From positions 320,001-384,000 of the IMG/VR virus record IMGVR_UViG_3300001528_000580: DNA of 64,000 bases; one strand, 5' to 3'. Both the position numbers and the translations under genes were made by a program. How positions within the stretch are numbered: position 1 is the stretch's first letter; every line of letters starts with the position of its first letter. Below the pieces are notes generated by a model. That model saw nothing but the letters and a program-made list of their open reading frames with translations, made no database searches and was not told the origin of the DNA. Below are positions 52,001-61,171 of the stretch, piece after piece. Source of the stretch: a virus. Lineage: Duplodnaviria > Caudoviricetes.

Positions 52001-53487
52001 TTAATGGTAACACCTTTGTTATTTTCTCTTCCTTGACCAACTACAATAACTGGATCGGCAGCAGTTTCAACAAATTCATATGTTACATTATATTTAATAC
52101 TAGTATTTTGTCCAAAAGAATTATAATCTGGTGTTTGAAAATTAGTAATATTAGAAGTAGGAAACATTATACTTCCAAGAGCTGTTAAATAATTATCACC
52201 CAAACCAAACCAACCATCTTGAGTATATTGTTCTAATTGTAATGGATTATCTGCTGTTGCTTCATAATATGCTAAAGGAATATTATCTTCTCTTTTTGAA
52301 AAATAAGGACACTTACTATTTTTAGCTGATGTACATAAATCACAATCTACATACAATTTATCTCTATTGCTACCAGTTAATTTATTTGCTTGATCACAAA
52401 ACGCTTGACCTGCATTTCCTTTCCAGTATTTACAACCACTATAAATTAAATTTCCTGGTGTTTCATCTGAACTTATTTTTCTAACTGTTTTATCACCAGA
52501 ATTTTTACCATTTATTACTCTCGGTTTAACTTGTAGTATTCCACCACTAAAATTACTATCATATTGATATTTTCTTGTATAATATAAGATATTTCCATCA
52601 TCATCTTTTTCTTCACTAATTAATGAAAATGTTAACGGTTTAATATAATATTCATTATTTTCTATATAAAATAAACCAAAATTTTTAGCATAAAACGGTA
52701 TACCGATTGATGCCGTATAAACTGGTCTTGGAACTAATTTAGTAGATGTTTCAATCCACTCACTAGGTGCAGATATATTTAACACATGAGGTGGTATATT
52801 GCCATGTTGCCCCCATTTAATACATTCAACATTTAATTTGATTTTATATAAAGTAGAATCATCTGCTCCTGTTGAATATCTTTCTGGTTCATAATATTCT
52901 AAATCTATTTTTCCGTTCTTATCTTTAACATCATACCAACCATACTTAGAAACTTTTTTTATCTTTTTTTCTTTAACTTCTCCACCTTCTTTTTCTATGG
53001 CAATATCATTTTTTGGTTCTAAAGTATCCCAATCATATAAAGGTGGTTCAATTATAATAAATGATTTATTTACTATACTAGGGTTGCCATCATCATCAAT
53101 AGATGCAATTTGTCCAGTACCTTTAAAAATATATTCAGTAAACATCCACGGATCATCAACATTAGCAAATACTGTTGTTTCTGCATTTTCATCAGAAATA
53201 GAAAGAAATCGATAATCTGGTTGTATTTTTTCAAGCCAATTCATCCAATTTTCATATTGACCCAATACTTTACCTTGAAGCTGTCCAGTCAATTCATACA
53301 ATTCATTTACAGAACCATTCATATAACTACCACTCCAGCCACTTGTTGGGTTATCTACTGCCGGTCCATTAAAAATTATATTATCTGGTTCTTGATCAAA
53401 TTCAAATACTTCATCTACAGATATATCTGCCCATTTTGTATTTTTATCGAATATATCTTCATTTACTGCGTCATTTAAATATGCCAT
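46039..53487 (-). CDS. Giant probable virion protein with Zn-ribbon-like CxxC pairs
   Basis: CQVC..CPWC, CPNADC..CPAC; discoidin-like RGRYVKL..FEIYG. Confidence 0.6.
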   Translation of the reverse strand: MAYLNDAVNEDIFDKNTKWADISVDEVFEFDQEPDNIIFNGPAVDNPTSGWSGSYMNGSVNELYELTGQLQGKVLGQYENWMNWLEKIQPDYRFLSISDENAETTVFANVDDPWMFTEYIFKGTGQIASIDDDGNPSIVNKSFIIIEPPLYDWDTLEPKNDIAIEKEGGEVKEKKIKKVSKYGWYDVKDKNGKIDLEYYEPERYSTGADDSTLYKIKLNVECIKWGQHGNIPPHVLNISAPSEWIETSTKLVPRPVYTASIGIPFYAKNFGLFYIENNEYYIKPLTFSLISEEKDDDGNILYYTRKYQYDSNFSGGILQVKPRVINGKNSGDKTVRKISSDETPGNLIYSGCKYWKGNAGQAFCDQANKLTGSNRDKLYVDCDLCTSAKNSKCPYFSKREDNIPLAYYEATADNPLQLEQYTQDGWFGLGDNYLTALGSIMFPTSNITNFQTPDYNSFGQNTSIKYNVTYEFVETAADPVIVVGQGRENNKGVTIKRGTGKFAIDNRENAGVLKIDTVYFGDASQINFHRWLSNVLPCYNGKFCNDIIGLAKKTNVSAGKNSGVEYKYINDLGEIVKTSKPYCTFYNKATKKHMGCPYNRVNKGASEFLFNNNFMTSQLTGLFSSLYQDLDSYTNSKKDSEFYVEKEGNNIYKIYYKYEGTVERLNNQGELTEVHVKYFTSEEHGIIQLNNMFGIQQILLEEELYDSSKKAWLLCKVKLVSNEENDENKKYYIYTLYQSYGIGDIGTDENASAESPEKGDLWCIKLENLVIPTRDPITVDNEIKFIGGYHPQYKDVSLRGNEFIFKKEEYLEDTFMTGDYGIGDSDYDKIPQTKTCTQGYWIDESGEWIIDGRSLGDLKSATLENALENKDGRLEPGSGPNGATGLSNRKTNTFTDPETGEQTNPTPDRCTVYSTDTKEIIEALRKDPPIYQIDEESFKKIPPHIGYAEALPRERKGAYCQVCDTTLALRFLTNADGTPRICPWCGGELVETSLTQFLRVKAMGNVSIYGLPGTVIKTDTYFWKNPTIIANTLVSQMIFKLGDYKTSNANKDTEKIDRVDPEEAKGFYKMGLPLTEIYDKEANPDKKSYDMTIANKTVMSNPMMNKKITEFDTKDTNNKYINPFTKESLGNNPLADFEPFKSGDGLKMVTIDYVRAFRDRLEPTLGYIIGGTVSPSEYKLNRASYDNRKEVTYKRAWVKQRCTVPPIVLAHQNGTECVVYYYSGDPGIGTVKEYYPPSAPWWFKYGLIGGRATALAGSWCHFDSKDGSSVHTSPGDRTSSDAFICIHGGVPLDKEVVAAYLIVEPNGTDATKNPIGLGYNGRIHYQHYHAFTTSHETEGLHLHGKDAYPGRPDMLYQGQDSSWLSSNTHYIIDKYGDKFYIDEYGFPVYIKKRPLVKSKTLDIIEFGWKEENVPYVTQLEEINIEEVLSGINHYQDKDYGKTDTWKYLEWGGFGEDIIQKKQENELWKELTLEEFNDLNDRYLTDCTLVIDSGGGDIIEKDFQRYYPKYVNEFLTQQMQNIPNYFNYTGMNSSGLQNAVINKVEEKYYDTGWNNNDDIVIVQTEYDNEKVNSEAGETTIVQDITSTVKKLYNQRIERKYHASFGKSLEEMLALKYEESKYTGSKSESYDSKKERININKRLYGEHGYLLNANQWYPKTEDGKLPEKEYGEKYELNNSKIFFTKFKEPFVFEENTKITINDKDLEIEAGTYDASSISSKFNGIASDILNADTTLDGQVVITCNENINITGWDNLMNFEYDCNRIIDGTGYADGNHPKGLLNILNSNYNKQNCKPWKNRSLNATVQYMILDLLQSPIESERRDWRIEPGSKDYSMCYCPNADCSCNMNPVTPVGIWAKQRGSQFTGDTCPACGTSLKNAEGVTTTSSDGIETFIYEKTFLDNPIIKNLVVRQSDFDGDDTPACSFSIYISEDKSVWECILNVFYNEKTAKYEYFDEVTKTKVEVSLGSDINVVFSELYRGRYVKLCVLPTLKNTSFLAYGEYSNEEKCFMLDNDLESVANGDLDGAKISFQNDEGEYGTTYRIKTNQGRKLIISAIPEVQKGACMIKQEIYAMCFNKFEIYGCAYNDDDLTIMPAPKYETFQYKEKNKLTDLPTQFFKVSIARENSYDIPLKQNMKYNDDLLWEVELQEEKYESYVKDEEGNYILDENGERKIEEKTAKYYKVVGGNFYHLLSKNTVVLPKYAKVEPLLDDDEQSSTSATSSSSTSETYVDIKDFERLLRRHGISKSFMPTMVNVKAWYGNGDGLEINVSADGRGPSYQVEKGTICKINTELPDNGASTPLADTSKTYTSAADVANASVQRTIPWTCFNNELVTIDVTVKGNSIYNNQFVTRTLRGNERTGFGQETFEKDIYGDHCESLFGTCRGTIKLFGRPNTILSGNLSVSAPAVTVRELKDGTVVKERTGGLDKTGFMVGVKLDNGGKRKTLCWDVPYIVVYLRERDRTEELIDSGEEYTIPNSKPVSGT

Positions 53488-53521
53488 ATTAATTTATTCT
53501 CTTTATTTTTATATTAATAAT

Positions 53522-53554
53522 AAAAAAACTTCTATTTCGTAAAATAGAAGTTTT
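53522..53554. terminator. Rho-independent terminator (possibly bidirectional)
   Basis: AAAACTTCTATTT-cgta-AAATAGAAGTTTT. Confidence 0.8.
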
Positions 53555-53578
53555 ATAAAAAATTATTTATTATAAATT

Positions 53579-54103
53579 TTAAATAGAATTAATATAACTT
53601 AAACATTGTTCATATTCGTTATCATTATATAAATTAAAATAAGGTATATTATAAAATTTAGCAATTCTCAACGCTTGATCAGTGCCACCTATTTTATTTG
53701 GATTTTTCCAAAAAACCACTAAATTTGATGGAATATTTAAAGATTGCCCTAATATCTGTTCGCAACTTCTTGCATGTAGTTTTTTTGCTCCAGAACTACA
53801 TTTATTCCAATATGGATGAAATTTTTCAGCCAATTTTAATGATTCTATTGATACATTATATAAATTTGAATTATTACCATTAAAATTTTTCCACGGCAAA
53901 TAAATCTCTTTTTTACCATTAAATGAATCTTGTGCATCTTCAAATATTGTATCCATACCAGATGCACCACCAGACCTAAGAATAAAATCCTTTTCCACTA
54001 ATTTTTTTACAATATTACTAACTTTATCAATAACATTATCTGTTACTAATCTACTTCCTATACCTGTATAATATCTATATTCTTTTAACATATTTAAAAC
54101 CAT
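53579..54103 (-). CDS. SLOG-superfamily (DprA-like) protein
   Basis: YTGIGSR, LRSGGASGMD, YLPW, GGTDQALRIA. Confidence 0.8.
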   Translation of the reverse strand: MVLNMLKEYRYYTGIGSRLVTDNVIDKVSNIVKKLVEKDFILRSGGASGMDTIFEDAQDSFNGKKEIYLPWKNFNGNNSNLYNVSIESLKLAEKFHPYWNKCSSGAKKLHARSCEQILGQSLNIPSNLVVFWKNPNKIGGTDQALRIAKFYNIPYFNLYNDNEYEQCLSYINSI

Positions 54104-54816
54104 TACTTATCAAAATTAACATCAAGATGAGTATCAGCCGCTACTATACCTGAACTAGATCTCATAACAGCTTTAACATTTCTTCTAAATGATTTCCAAT
54201 CTCTTGCACCACCATAACTTAACGATGCTTGTAATCTTAACTTTGTATCTAGTATAAATTGTTCTGTTTTACCTGTATATTTAATACATCCTTCATGTCC
54301 TTCAACGCTTGCATAACTTAATATACCTTTTCTCGCATCTCTTGATGCCATACCCTTGTACCCACGATATTTAACAATATGAGCATTAACATAATCAGAT
54401 TCAAGATTTGATAATTCATTTTCTTCTTCATCTGTTAAAGAATCCAAAAAGATAGGATCTTTTTCTATTGGTTGACATTTTAAATTATATAATTTACCAC
54501 AAGCCAAATTAGTAGAAGCAAGCATTTTACCACACATTACAAAATCTGCTCCAAAATATATTGCTTTAGCAATATCACCAGTATACTTACAACCACCATC
54601 TGCTATCAACCAAACATTATCATCTTTAACTTGTAAACAATCAATAATATTTGTTAAAATAGGAACACCAAAGCCAGTCTCCATCGCAGTAGAACAGATT
54701 GAATTGTGTACAATAATTCCATCTATATTATAAGAATGATCATCATCGACAGTTAAGTCATAAACTATTCCGCTGTAATCAAATTCCTCTATACTTTCAA
54801 TCTCTATTAATCTCAT
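54103..54816 (-). CDS. Split intein C-fragment fused to IMPDH/GMP reductase C-half
   Basis: 38-aa VYDLTV..HSY..VHN followed by SICST catalytic loop, IADGG, YKGMAS. Confidence 0.95.
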   Translation of the reverse strand: MRLIEIESIEEFDYSGIVYDLTVDDDHSYNIDGIIVHNSICSTAMETGFGVPILTNIIDCLQVKDDNVWLIADGGCKYTGDIAKAIYFGADFVMCGKMLASTNLACGKLYNLKCQPIEKDPIFLDSLTDEEENELSNLESDYVNAHIVKYRGYKGMASRDARKGILSYASVEGHEGCIKYTGKTEQFILDTKLRLQASLSYGGARDWKSFRRNVKAVMRSSSGIVAADTHLDVNFDK

Positions 54817-55852
54817 TTATTAAATTCCTTATTTTAATAAAATTTTCTATTTTATTCGCTATTTTATCTTTTACTCTAAAAATAATATAACCATTTTCCA
54901 TAGCTATTTTATCTTTAATTTCATCATTTTTTTTATTTTTATCAAAACTATGCCAATATTCTCCATCAAATTCTATTAATATTTTATCAAACAATAAAAA
55001 ATCATATACTTTTTGATTTAACTTAAATTGCCTTTTTATATTTTTTTTGCCAAAAAAATAACACAAAACAAAATAAAAATTATTTTCTGGTTTTGAACTG
55101 TTTTTAGTTCCTAAAAACAAATTTATTGAATCTTGTCCGAATTTTTCACATAATCTTTTATATAATATATACTTTGAAATATTTAAATTAAAATCAGATA
55201 TTATTTTATCTAAAGTATATAATTCTTTATTGTTATATGTTTTAGATAACAATAAATAAATTTCAGTTAATATATTTTCATCAATTAAAACTATATTTTT
55301 ATTTTCAAAAAATTCATATTTTAAAGAATATTTATGCATTTTTGCCAATTGCTTTAATTCAGACCTATCACATATTTCTAAAGCGATCCAATATCTTGAC
55401 AATGTTCTAAAATCTATTCCACAAATATTTTTTAATTTAAGTTGATTTATTTCTGGCTTTCTATACATATCAAAATATTTTTTTAAATCTTCTTCTGTTA
55501 AACCTTTTTCTTTAATATAATCATGTGTTATTTTATTATGTTTCAACAAACCAATACTAATTTTATTGCGAACATCATTTGGTATTGCCATTTTATTTTT
55601 ATGATCTTGATAATATTTATTAAATTCCCACGAGTGATTTATATTTGTAAACATTCCACAACCACAAAAACAAGTTGGTCTTATATTATTATAAAAATAT
55701 TTTAATATATATTCAACTTTTGTTATATTGTGCACATTCTTTAAATGAGTTTCTAATTTTCTTTTTAAAGACTGTTGAAACAAAGAATTAGAATTTGTTT
55801 TTACAACATCTATTTTTTCACCACAAATTAAACAAATATTATCAAGAATCAT
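54797..55852 (-). mobile_element. Free-standing DUF559/Vsr-like homing endonuclease between the intein halves
   Basis: Zn-like CLIC..H..H and CFCGCG; SKPEN..YDF..IEFDGEYWH..DEIKD..GYIIFRV. Confidence 0.88.
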
Positions 55853-55927
55853 GTTGCCTACTCCTTTATAATTAAAATAGTTAATATGTACTATATGTAA
55901 AATATAAAAAAATAGTTTAATAAAAAA

Positions 55928-56770
55928 TTATAATTCAACAAGGAGATGCTCTTTTGTTAATTTAGATGCCGGAATCCATTCCGCATAATCTAAATAATTT
56001 TTTTCATTCACAACATCTTTATATTTTTTATTTACAACAAGATATTCATGATTTTTTGTTGATTCTTTACCGTTTATTTTTATTAATTTTTCATTTTTAT
56101 AAAATTCTAATTTATTAATTACCTTCTTCCAGTTGTTTTTATGAGTTAATACAATATCTCCAACTTTTATATCTTTCATTGTTTTACTGCCGCTTATCGT
56201 TTTGACATTCATATTTGGAGTAAAACAACCAGAAGCTATTCCTATTCTAATACCATTAGCTCCGGCATCTTGTAAATGCCTAAAACCAGATTTGGTAGCT
56301 ACATTACCAGCGATTATATGATTCACATTTTTTAGTTTTCTAATATAATTAACAGTTTCAATACATGCCAATGAATCACCATGCGCCATATCTACTAAGA
56401 AATTAACAACGCCATGTTCATATAAATAATTAATCCATTCTTTATACTTCCAAACTGAACCAACAGAAAACCAAGTACCTTTTATTATTTTATCTATTTC
56501 TTCTTTTGTTTCAGATCTGTTTTTTGAATCCACGACATAATTAAATTGTTCTTCTGCTGTTTTAAACGCTCTATGAACTGTTGCAACTAAATTATTGTTA
56601 ACAAACAATCTAATCATATCTGGTGTTGTTACAGTATCCATAGGACTCATAATAATTGGTAAATCAAATCCAAACATACTAGGATTAGTTTCACCTCTTG
56701 ATCTTAAATCAGAATAATGTGGTACTAATGTAACATCATCATAACTATAAGTTTTCTTTAATTCATACAT
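55928..56770 (-). CDS. IMPDH/GMP reductase N-half fused to split intein N-fragment
   Basis: YDDVTLVP, SPMDTV, VDMAHG, AGNVAT, GIASG|CFTP..STKNHEY..HLLVEL*. Confidence 0.95.
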   Translation of the reverse strand: MYELKKTYSYDDVTLVPHYSDLRSRGETNPSMFGFDLPIIMSPMDTVTTPDMIRLFVNNNLVATVHRAFKTAEEQFNYVVDSKNRSETKEEIDKIIKGTWFSVGSVWKYKEWINYLYEHGVVNFLVDMAHGDSLACIETVNYIRKLKNVNHIIAGNVATKSGFRHLQDAGANGIRIGIASGCFTPNMNVKTISGSKTMKDIKVGDIVLTHKNNWKKVINKLEFYKNEKLIKINGKESTKNHEYLVVNKKYKDVVNEKNYLDYAEWIPASKLTKEHLLVEL

Positions 56771-56793
56771 AATAAACTATTCCCCTTAGAAAT

Positions 56794-57060
56794 TTACCAA
56801 TCCATTGTTTTAGCTTTTAAACAGGCAAGAGCAAAAACACATACTTGTGCAACATCCTTAAATTCTAACTCTAATCTATCAGAATCATAATTTTTTTCAA
56901 TAGCACTTAATAATTCTTGAACTTCTTCTGCTAATATACCATATGCTTCATGTTTTGAAGCAAATGTTCCATCTCCATGTCTTTTTAAACATGATTTAAC
57001 ATGATTTTTTAATTCATCTATTGCTAAATCTATAAATTCTTCATTAACTCTTGCCCTCAT
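56794..57060 (-). CDS. MazG-like nucleotide pyrophosphohydrolase
   Basis: HEAYGILAEEVQEL..EFKDVA (EExxE..ExxD). Confidence 0.7.
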   Translation of the reverse strand: MRARVNEEFIDLAIDELKNHVKSCLKRHGDGTFASKHEAYGILAEEVQELLSAIEKNYDSDRLELEFKDVAQVCVFALACLKAKTMDW

Positions 57061-57075
57061 TTTTTACCTCTTTTT

Positions 57076-57756
57076 TTATTTTATATATTTCATTACATGT
57101 GGTATATACGGTTCTATTAAAATTTTTATAGCTTTAGCATATTCCTGAATTTCTTTTTGAGCATGTGAATCATCTCTTAACACAAGAAAATTAATCAAAT
57201 TTCTCAAATCAACTGTCCACCAAAATGTTGTCATCATATTTTGTGGCAATACCCCTCTTGCTTGTTCTTTGCAAACTCCTAATTCTAATAATTTATAATA
57301 AATAGCCAATGCTTCTTCATTTATATATTCTGTAAGCATATATGCTTCTTCATTTTTTTCCACTAACTCGTCAGTTGATGCTTGTTTATTATTATCAGAT
57401 TGTTTTCTATAATTCTTTGGAGTATATAATTCCATTTCAAATTCAGTATATCTTCTGCTTATTTCATTATAAGAACATGCTCTGTGACGCATCCATTGAC
57501 TTCTTACATATAATGGACAGTGAACACTAAAAGTAAATTTAACATGTTCAAGAGGTGTCATGTGCTTATTTTCAATTAAATATTTTAACAAAACCTCATC
57601 TTTTTCATCAAATTCTGATTTTAATTTTCCAAAACTGACTCTTGCAGCATTAGTAATTGTGCTTTCATTACCCATGTGATCTAATAGACCTACCCAACCT
57701 TGATCATTATCTAACACTTTAATATGATTAGTTGGTGGCATATTTAAACTTTCCAT
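57076..57756 (-). CDS. thyX: Flavin-dependent thymidylate synthase
   Basis: AARVS, HMTPLEH, QWMRHRACSYNEISRRY, EQARGVLP, HAQKEI. Confidence 0.97.
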   Translation of the reverse strand: MESLNMPPTNHIKVLDNDQGWVGLLDHMGNESTITNAARVSFGKLKSEFDEKDEVLLKYLIENKHMTPLEHVKFTFSVHCPLYVRSQWMRHRACSYNEISRRYTEFEMELYTPKNYRKQSDNNKQASTDELVEKNEEAYMLTEYINEEALAIYYKLLELGVCKEQARGVLPQNMMTTFWWTVDLRNLINFLVLRDDSHAQKEIQEYAKAIKILIEPYIPHVMKYIK

Positions 57757-57827
57757 AAAAATTCTCCTTTAAATTTAAGTAACTATATAATAATATACAA
57801 CACTTTTTTATTTTTACAAATTAATTT

Positions 57828-58361
57828 TCAACTAAATAATTCAGATAATTGTGTTTTTTGAAATTCAGAATATTTTTCTAATATTCCAAGAACATGTTCA
57901 TGAATATTATATCCAACACATAATCCATCATTAGTTATCAACCTTACTTGTTCTCTGACATCACGATCTCTTAAAAAAGTAGGTTCACTTGTTATAACTA
58001 CATTTTGAAAATCTGGATATCTTAATCCTAAATCTTTTCCTAATTCATAAAAACAAATTGGTTGTGTTGATTCTGTATTACCTGCAAAATACATCGAAAA
58101 AATATTAGATTTTGATAAAGCATAAAATTCCCATTCAATTTGTTCTTTTGATGCATTGGGATCATTAATTGGAAAATTTTCTCTTCTAGGATTAAAAATA
58201 ATAAAATCATCTAAATTAATTGTTTTTTCATACTCTTTTAATAAATTAATTACTTCACTTTGCCAATCCCAACAATTAGTAATACCACCTGCCAAAAAAC
58301 AAGTCACCTTACCATTTAAATCAATATCATCGTATTTTTCTACTGCTGTTATTATTTTCAT
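57828..58361 (-). CDS. Nucleoside 2-deoxyribosyltransferase-like protein
   Basis: FLAGGI..DWQ, FNPRR, QIEWE, FYELG. Confidence 0.85.
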   Translation of the reverse strand: MKIITAVEKYDDIDLNGKVTCFLAGGITNCWDWQSEVINLLKEYEKTINLDDFIIFNPRRENFPINDPNASKEQIEWEFYALSKSNIFSMYFAGNTESTQPICFYELGKDLGLRYPDFQNVVITSEPTFLRDRDVREQVRLITNDGLCVGYNIHEHVLGILEKYSEFQKTQLSELFS

Positions 58362-59308
58362 TCTACAATACCTTTTCTTTTAAATCTATTAATAAACTCT
58401 ATTATCTTGGGATCTGTTTTACTTTCATGAGCAATTCTTTCAAGCAATTCAAAAACTCCACTTGAACTTTCCTTTAATTCTAGAAAATGTTTTAAAGATT
58501 CAACAGAATTAACATCTCTTTCTTCCATTTCCATTTTTGCAATTTTTTCTATTCCAGAAAATACATTTTCCTTAAAAATTAAATCACCATCTACTAATGT
58601 TGGGAAAAATAAATCTAGATTAAATTCTTTACCACGATTTTCAATTATTCCCATTTTCACTTTTAATTTTTTTAAATCTGATGAAGTTCTCAATAATGAA
58701 CCAGGATTAAAATAACTTGTATTACCAAATTTTTGTAATTTATAACCATTGTGAACATGACCAGATAAAATTAAATCTGCATTATTAGAACCTAAATCTT
58801 TTATAAAAATAACTTCTGCACTTGGAATTTTCTTATCATATAACATGTGATGATCTATTAAAACCTGAAATTTATTACTTTTTTCAGGAATATGTTCAAT
58901 GCAATAATGAATATTATTATAAGTATTACAACCATATAATATAATATCATCTAATTCTATTTTATCAAATATAGGAATTAAAAGTTCTGGCATTAAAGAT
59001 GATATAAAATTTAAAGAACTATCTTTATATGTATTTAAACTATTTCCATATATATCATGATTTCCTATAATAAAATAAGTTGGTTTGCCAAAACTATACA
59101 TTATATCAACTAATCCTAAAAAGATATTTAAATCCATTACTTTTTCTGTGTTAAAAATATCTCCACCACAAACCATAAAATCAAAATTATTTTTTGATGC
59201 AAACGAATAACATTCTCTTAATTTATTTATAGCAGTTTCGGCAACATTATCAATTCTTATGTGCCTATTTGTCAAATGAACATCAGTATAAAATCCAAAT
59301 TTTGACAT
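58358..59308 (-). CDS. SbcD/Mre11-like metallophosphoesterase nuclease
   Basis: DVH, GGDIF, GNHD, HH, SGHVH, NPGSL. Confidence 0.9.
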   Translation of the reverse strand: MSKFGFYTDVHLTNRHIRIDNVAETAINKLRECYSFASKNNFDFMVCGGDIFNTEKVMDLNIFLGLVDIMYSFGKPTYFIIGNHDIYGNSLNTYKDSSLNFISSLMPELLIPIFDKIELDDIILYGCNTYNNIHYCIEHIPEKSNKFQVLIDHHMLYDKKIPSAEVIFIKDLGSNNADLILSGHVHNGYKLQKFGNTSYFNPGSLLRTSSDLKKLKVKMGIIENRGKEFNLDLFFPTLVDGDLIFKENVFSGIEKIAKMEMEERDVNSVESLKHFLELKESSSGVFELLERIAHESKTDPKIIEFINRFKRKGIVE

Positions 59309-59325
59309 ATATAAATCCTTATTTA

Positions 59326-59374
59326 TATCATAAAATGGGGATATATAATTATCCCCATTTTATGATAATTTTTT
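59326..59374. terminator. Long hairpin / terminator
   Basis: TATCATAAAATGGGGAT..ATCCCCATTTTATGATA inverted repeat. Confidence 0.65.
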
Positions 59375-60028
59375 TTAGAAAAATGGTTCTTTATTATTTG
59401 TGTCTTGAATAAATAATACTAAAGACTCACAAATAGACTCTCCATATTTATCTTTAACTTCATCAACAAATTTTTTCCAAATATCAAGCTGTTGTTCATT
59501 TTCAAAAATTAATTGATATTGAAGTATACCCTTTTTAACATCTTTTTCTTTTTTATTATCTTCATTGTTATTTTCAATAACTTTTTCAATATCTATATTT
59601 AGATTATCAAGTAATTTTGATACTTCTTGATCACAAAATCCTGTTAATTCAATATTAGATTGATCCATATCTTTCAATATTTCAGCTAATTGAACATTAT
59701 CAAAATATGAAGTGTCAGATGCCTTATTATCTAAAATTGACAATGTTTCAGCTTCTTCATTGGTCATATCTTTAATAACACAATTTACTTCCACTTCATC
59801 AATATTAGTTCCTTCATCTTCTGCTAAAGATAACATAGCTTGGTACATACCATTACCAACACGTATCATCATATTATCTTTTTGAACAACAAATGGTCTA
59901 TACTGTTTATATTTCTTTAAAGATTTTTTAATGATCTCAATATTATGTTGATCGTGAACTCTTGTATTTTTTGGATCTAACTTTAAATCACTTAATTTAA
60001 CTTTTATAATATCTTCACTAAAATCCAT
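59375..60028 (-). CDS. ParB N-terminal (ParBc) domain protein
   Basis: DPKNTRVH..SLKKY..PFVV..GNGMYQA..DNK. Confidence 0.8.
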   Translation of the reverse strand: MDFSEDIIKVKLSDLKLDPKNTRVHDQHNIEIIKKSLKKYKQYRPFVVQKDNMMIRVGNGMYQAMLSLAEDEGTNIDEVEVNCVIKDMTNEEAETLSILDNKASDTSYFDNVQLAEILKDMDQSNIELTGFCDQEVSKLLDNLNIDIEKVIENNNEDNKKEKDVKKGILQYQLIFENEQQLDIWKKFVDEVKDKYGESICESLVLFIQDTNNKEPFF

Positions 60029-60029
60029 T

Positions 60030-61148
60030 TTATACCTCTTCTACATCAATTTCTGTTGTTTCTTGTTCTTCAACAGTAATTTCTTTTTTTGATTTAGTTT
60101 TCTTTTTTTCTTTTCCTTCATATATATCTTTAGGACAATTTCTTAAAACTACTTCTTTAACCTCATCTAATGTTTTACCTGAATTCATTTCTTTAATTGC
60201 TTCATTGATATCTTCAACCATTCCATATTCTTGAATAGAACTTCTGAAAGCATCAAGTCCATTTGCAAAATTATATTCACCAAATAAGTATACCCAAGCT
60301 CCACTTCTTGTAAACAATCCTTTATCAAAAGATTCAAATATTGTTGATTCTAACTTATCAATACCTTCTCCAAATCTTATTGTAAATTCACATTCTCTAA
60401 ATGGTGGAAATGTTTTATTTTTTACTACTGATGCCTTTACTCTTTTTGATACTCTATCACCATTTTTATCTTTTTCATCAGATGTCAAAGATTTTAACTC
60501 AATTCTTATCGATGTATAAAATTTCAATGCATTTCCACCAGGAGTAACATTAGGATTGCCATACATTACTCCAATTTTTGAACGAATCTGATTTGTAAAA
60601 ATCACAGTGCAATTATTTCTAGCTACTTCTGCTGTACATTTTCTCATTCCTTTACTAATCATTCGTGCTTGAGCACCCATCTGTTGATCAGTCATATCAC
60701 CTTCGTTTTCTGCCTTTGGAACTAAAGCAGCAACAGAGTCAACAATTATTAATCCAACTCCGCTCTTTGCCATATCTAATAATATATTAAATGCAGTTTC
60801 TCCATCATCTGGCTGAGAAATAATAATATTATCAACATCAACTCCAATTAATTTAGCATAAACTGGATCTAAAGCAAATTCACTATCAATATATCCAACA
60901 ATTTTACCAGCCTTTTGAAATTGAGCTACAATCTCAAGACAAGTAGTTGATTTACCACTTGATTCCATGCCATATAATTCAATCATTCTACCAATGGGAA
61001 TACCACCACCAATTGCTTTATCTAATTGAGCACAACCTGTCGTAATTCTTTGTATTCCCTTTACACCCTCATCACTTAAAGCCATTACATTTTCTTTACC
61101 ATGATCTTTAGATAATTTAGCGACTATATCTTTTACTGCTTGATTCAT
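60030..61148 (-). CDS. recA: Recombinase RecA
   Basis: GMESSGKST, IVDSVAALVPKAE, NQIRSKIGVMYGNP, GGNALKFY, VVKNK. Confidence 0.98.
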   Translation of the reverse strand: MNQAVKDIVAKLSKDHGKENVMALSDEGVKGIQRITTGCAQLDKAIGGGIPIGRMIELYGMESSGKSTTCLEIVAQFQKAGKIVGYIDSEFALDPVYAKLIGVDVDNIIISQPDDGETAFNILLDMAKSGVGLIIVDSVAALVPKAENEGDMTDQQMGAQARMISKGMRKCTAEVARNNCTVIFTNQIRSKIGVMYGNPNVTPGGNALKFYTSIRIELKSLTSDEKDKNGDRVSKRVKASVVKNKTFPPFRECEFTIRFGEGIDKLESTIFESFDKGLFTRSGAWVYLFGEYNFANGLDAFRSSIQEYGMVEDINEAIKEMNSGKTLDEVKEVVLRNCPKDIYEGKEKKKTKSKKEITVEEQETTEIDVEEV

Positions 61149-61171
61149 ATAATAATCCTTTATTTTTTAAC

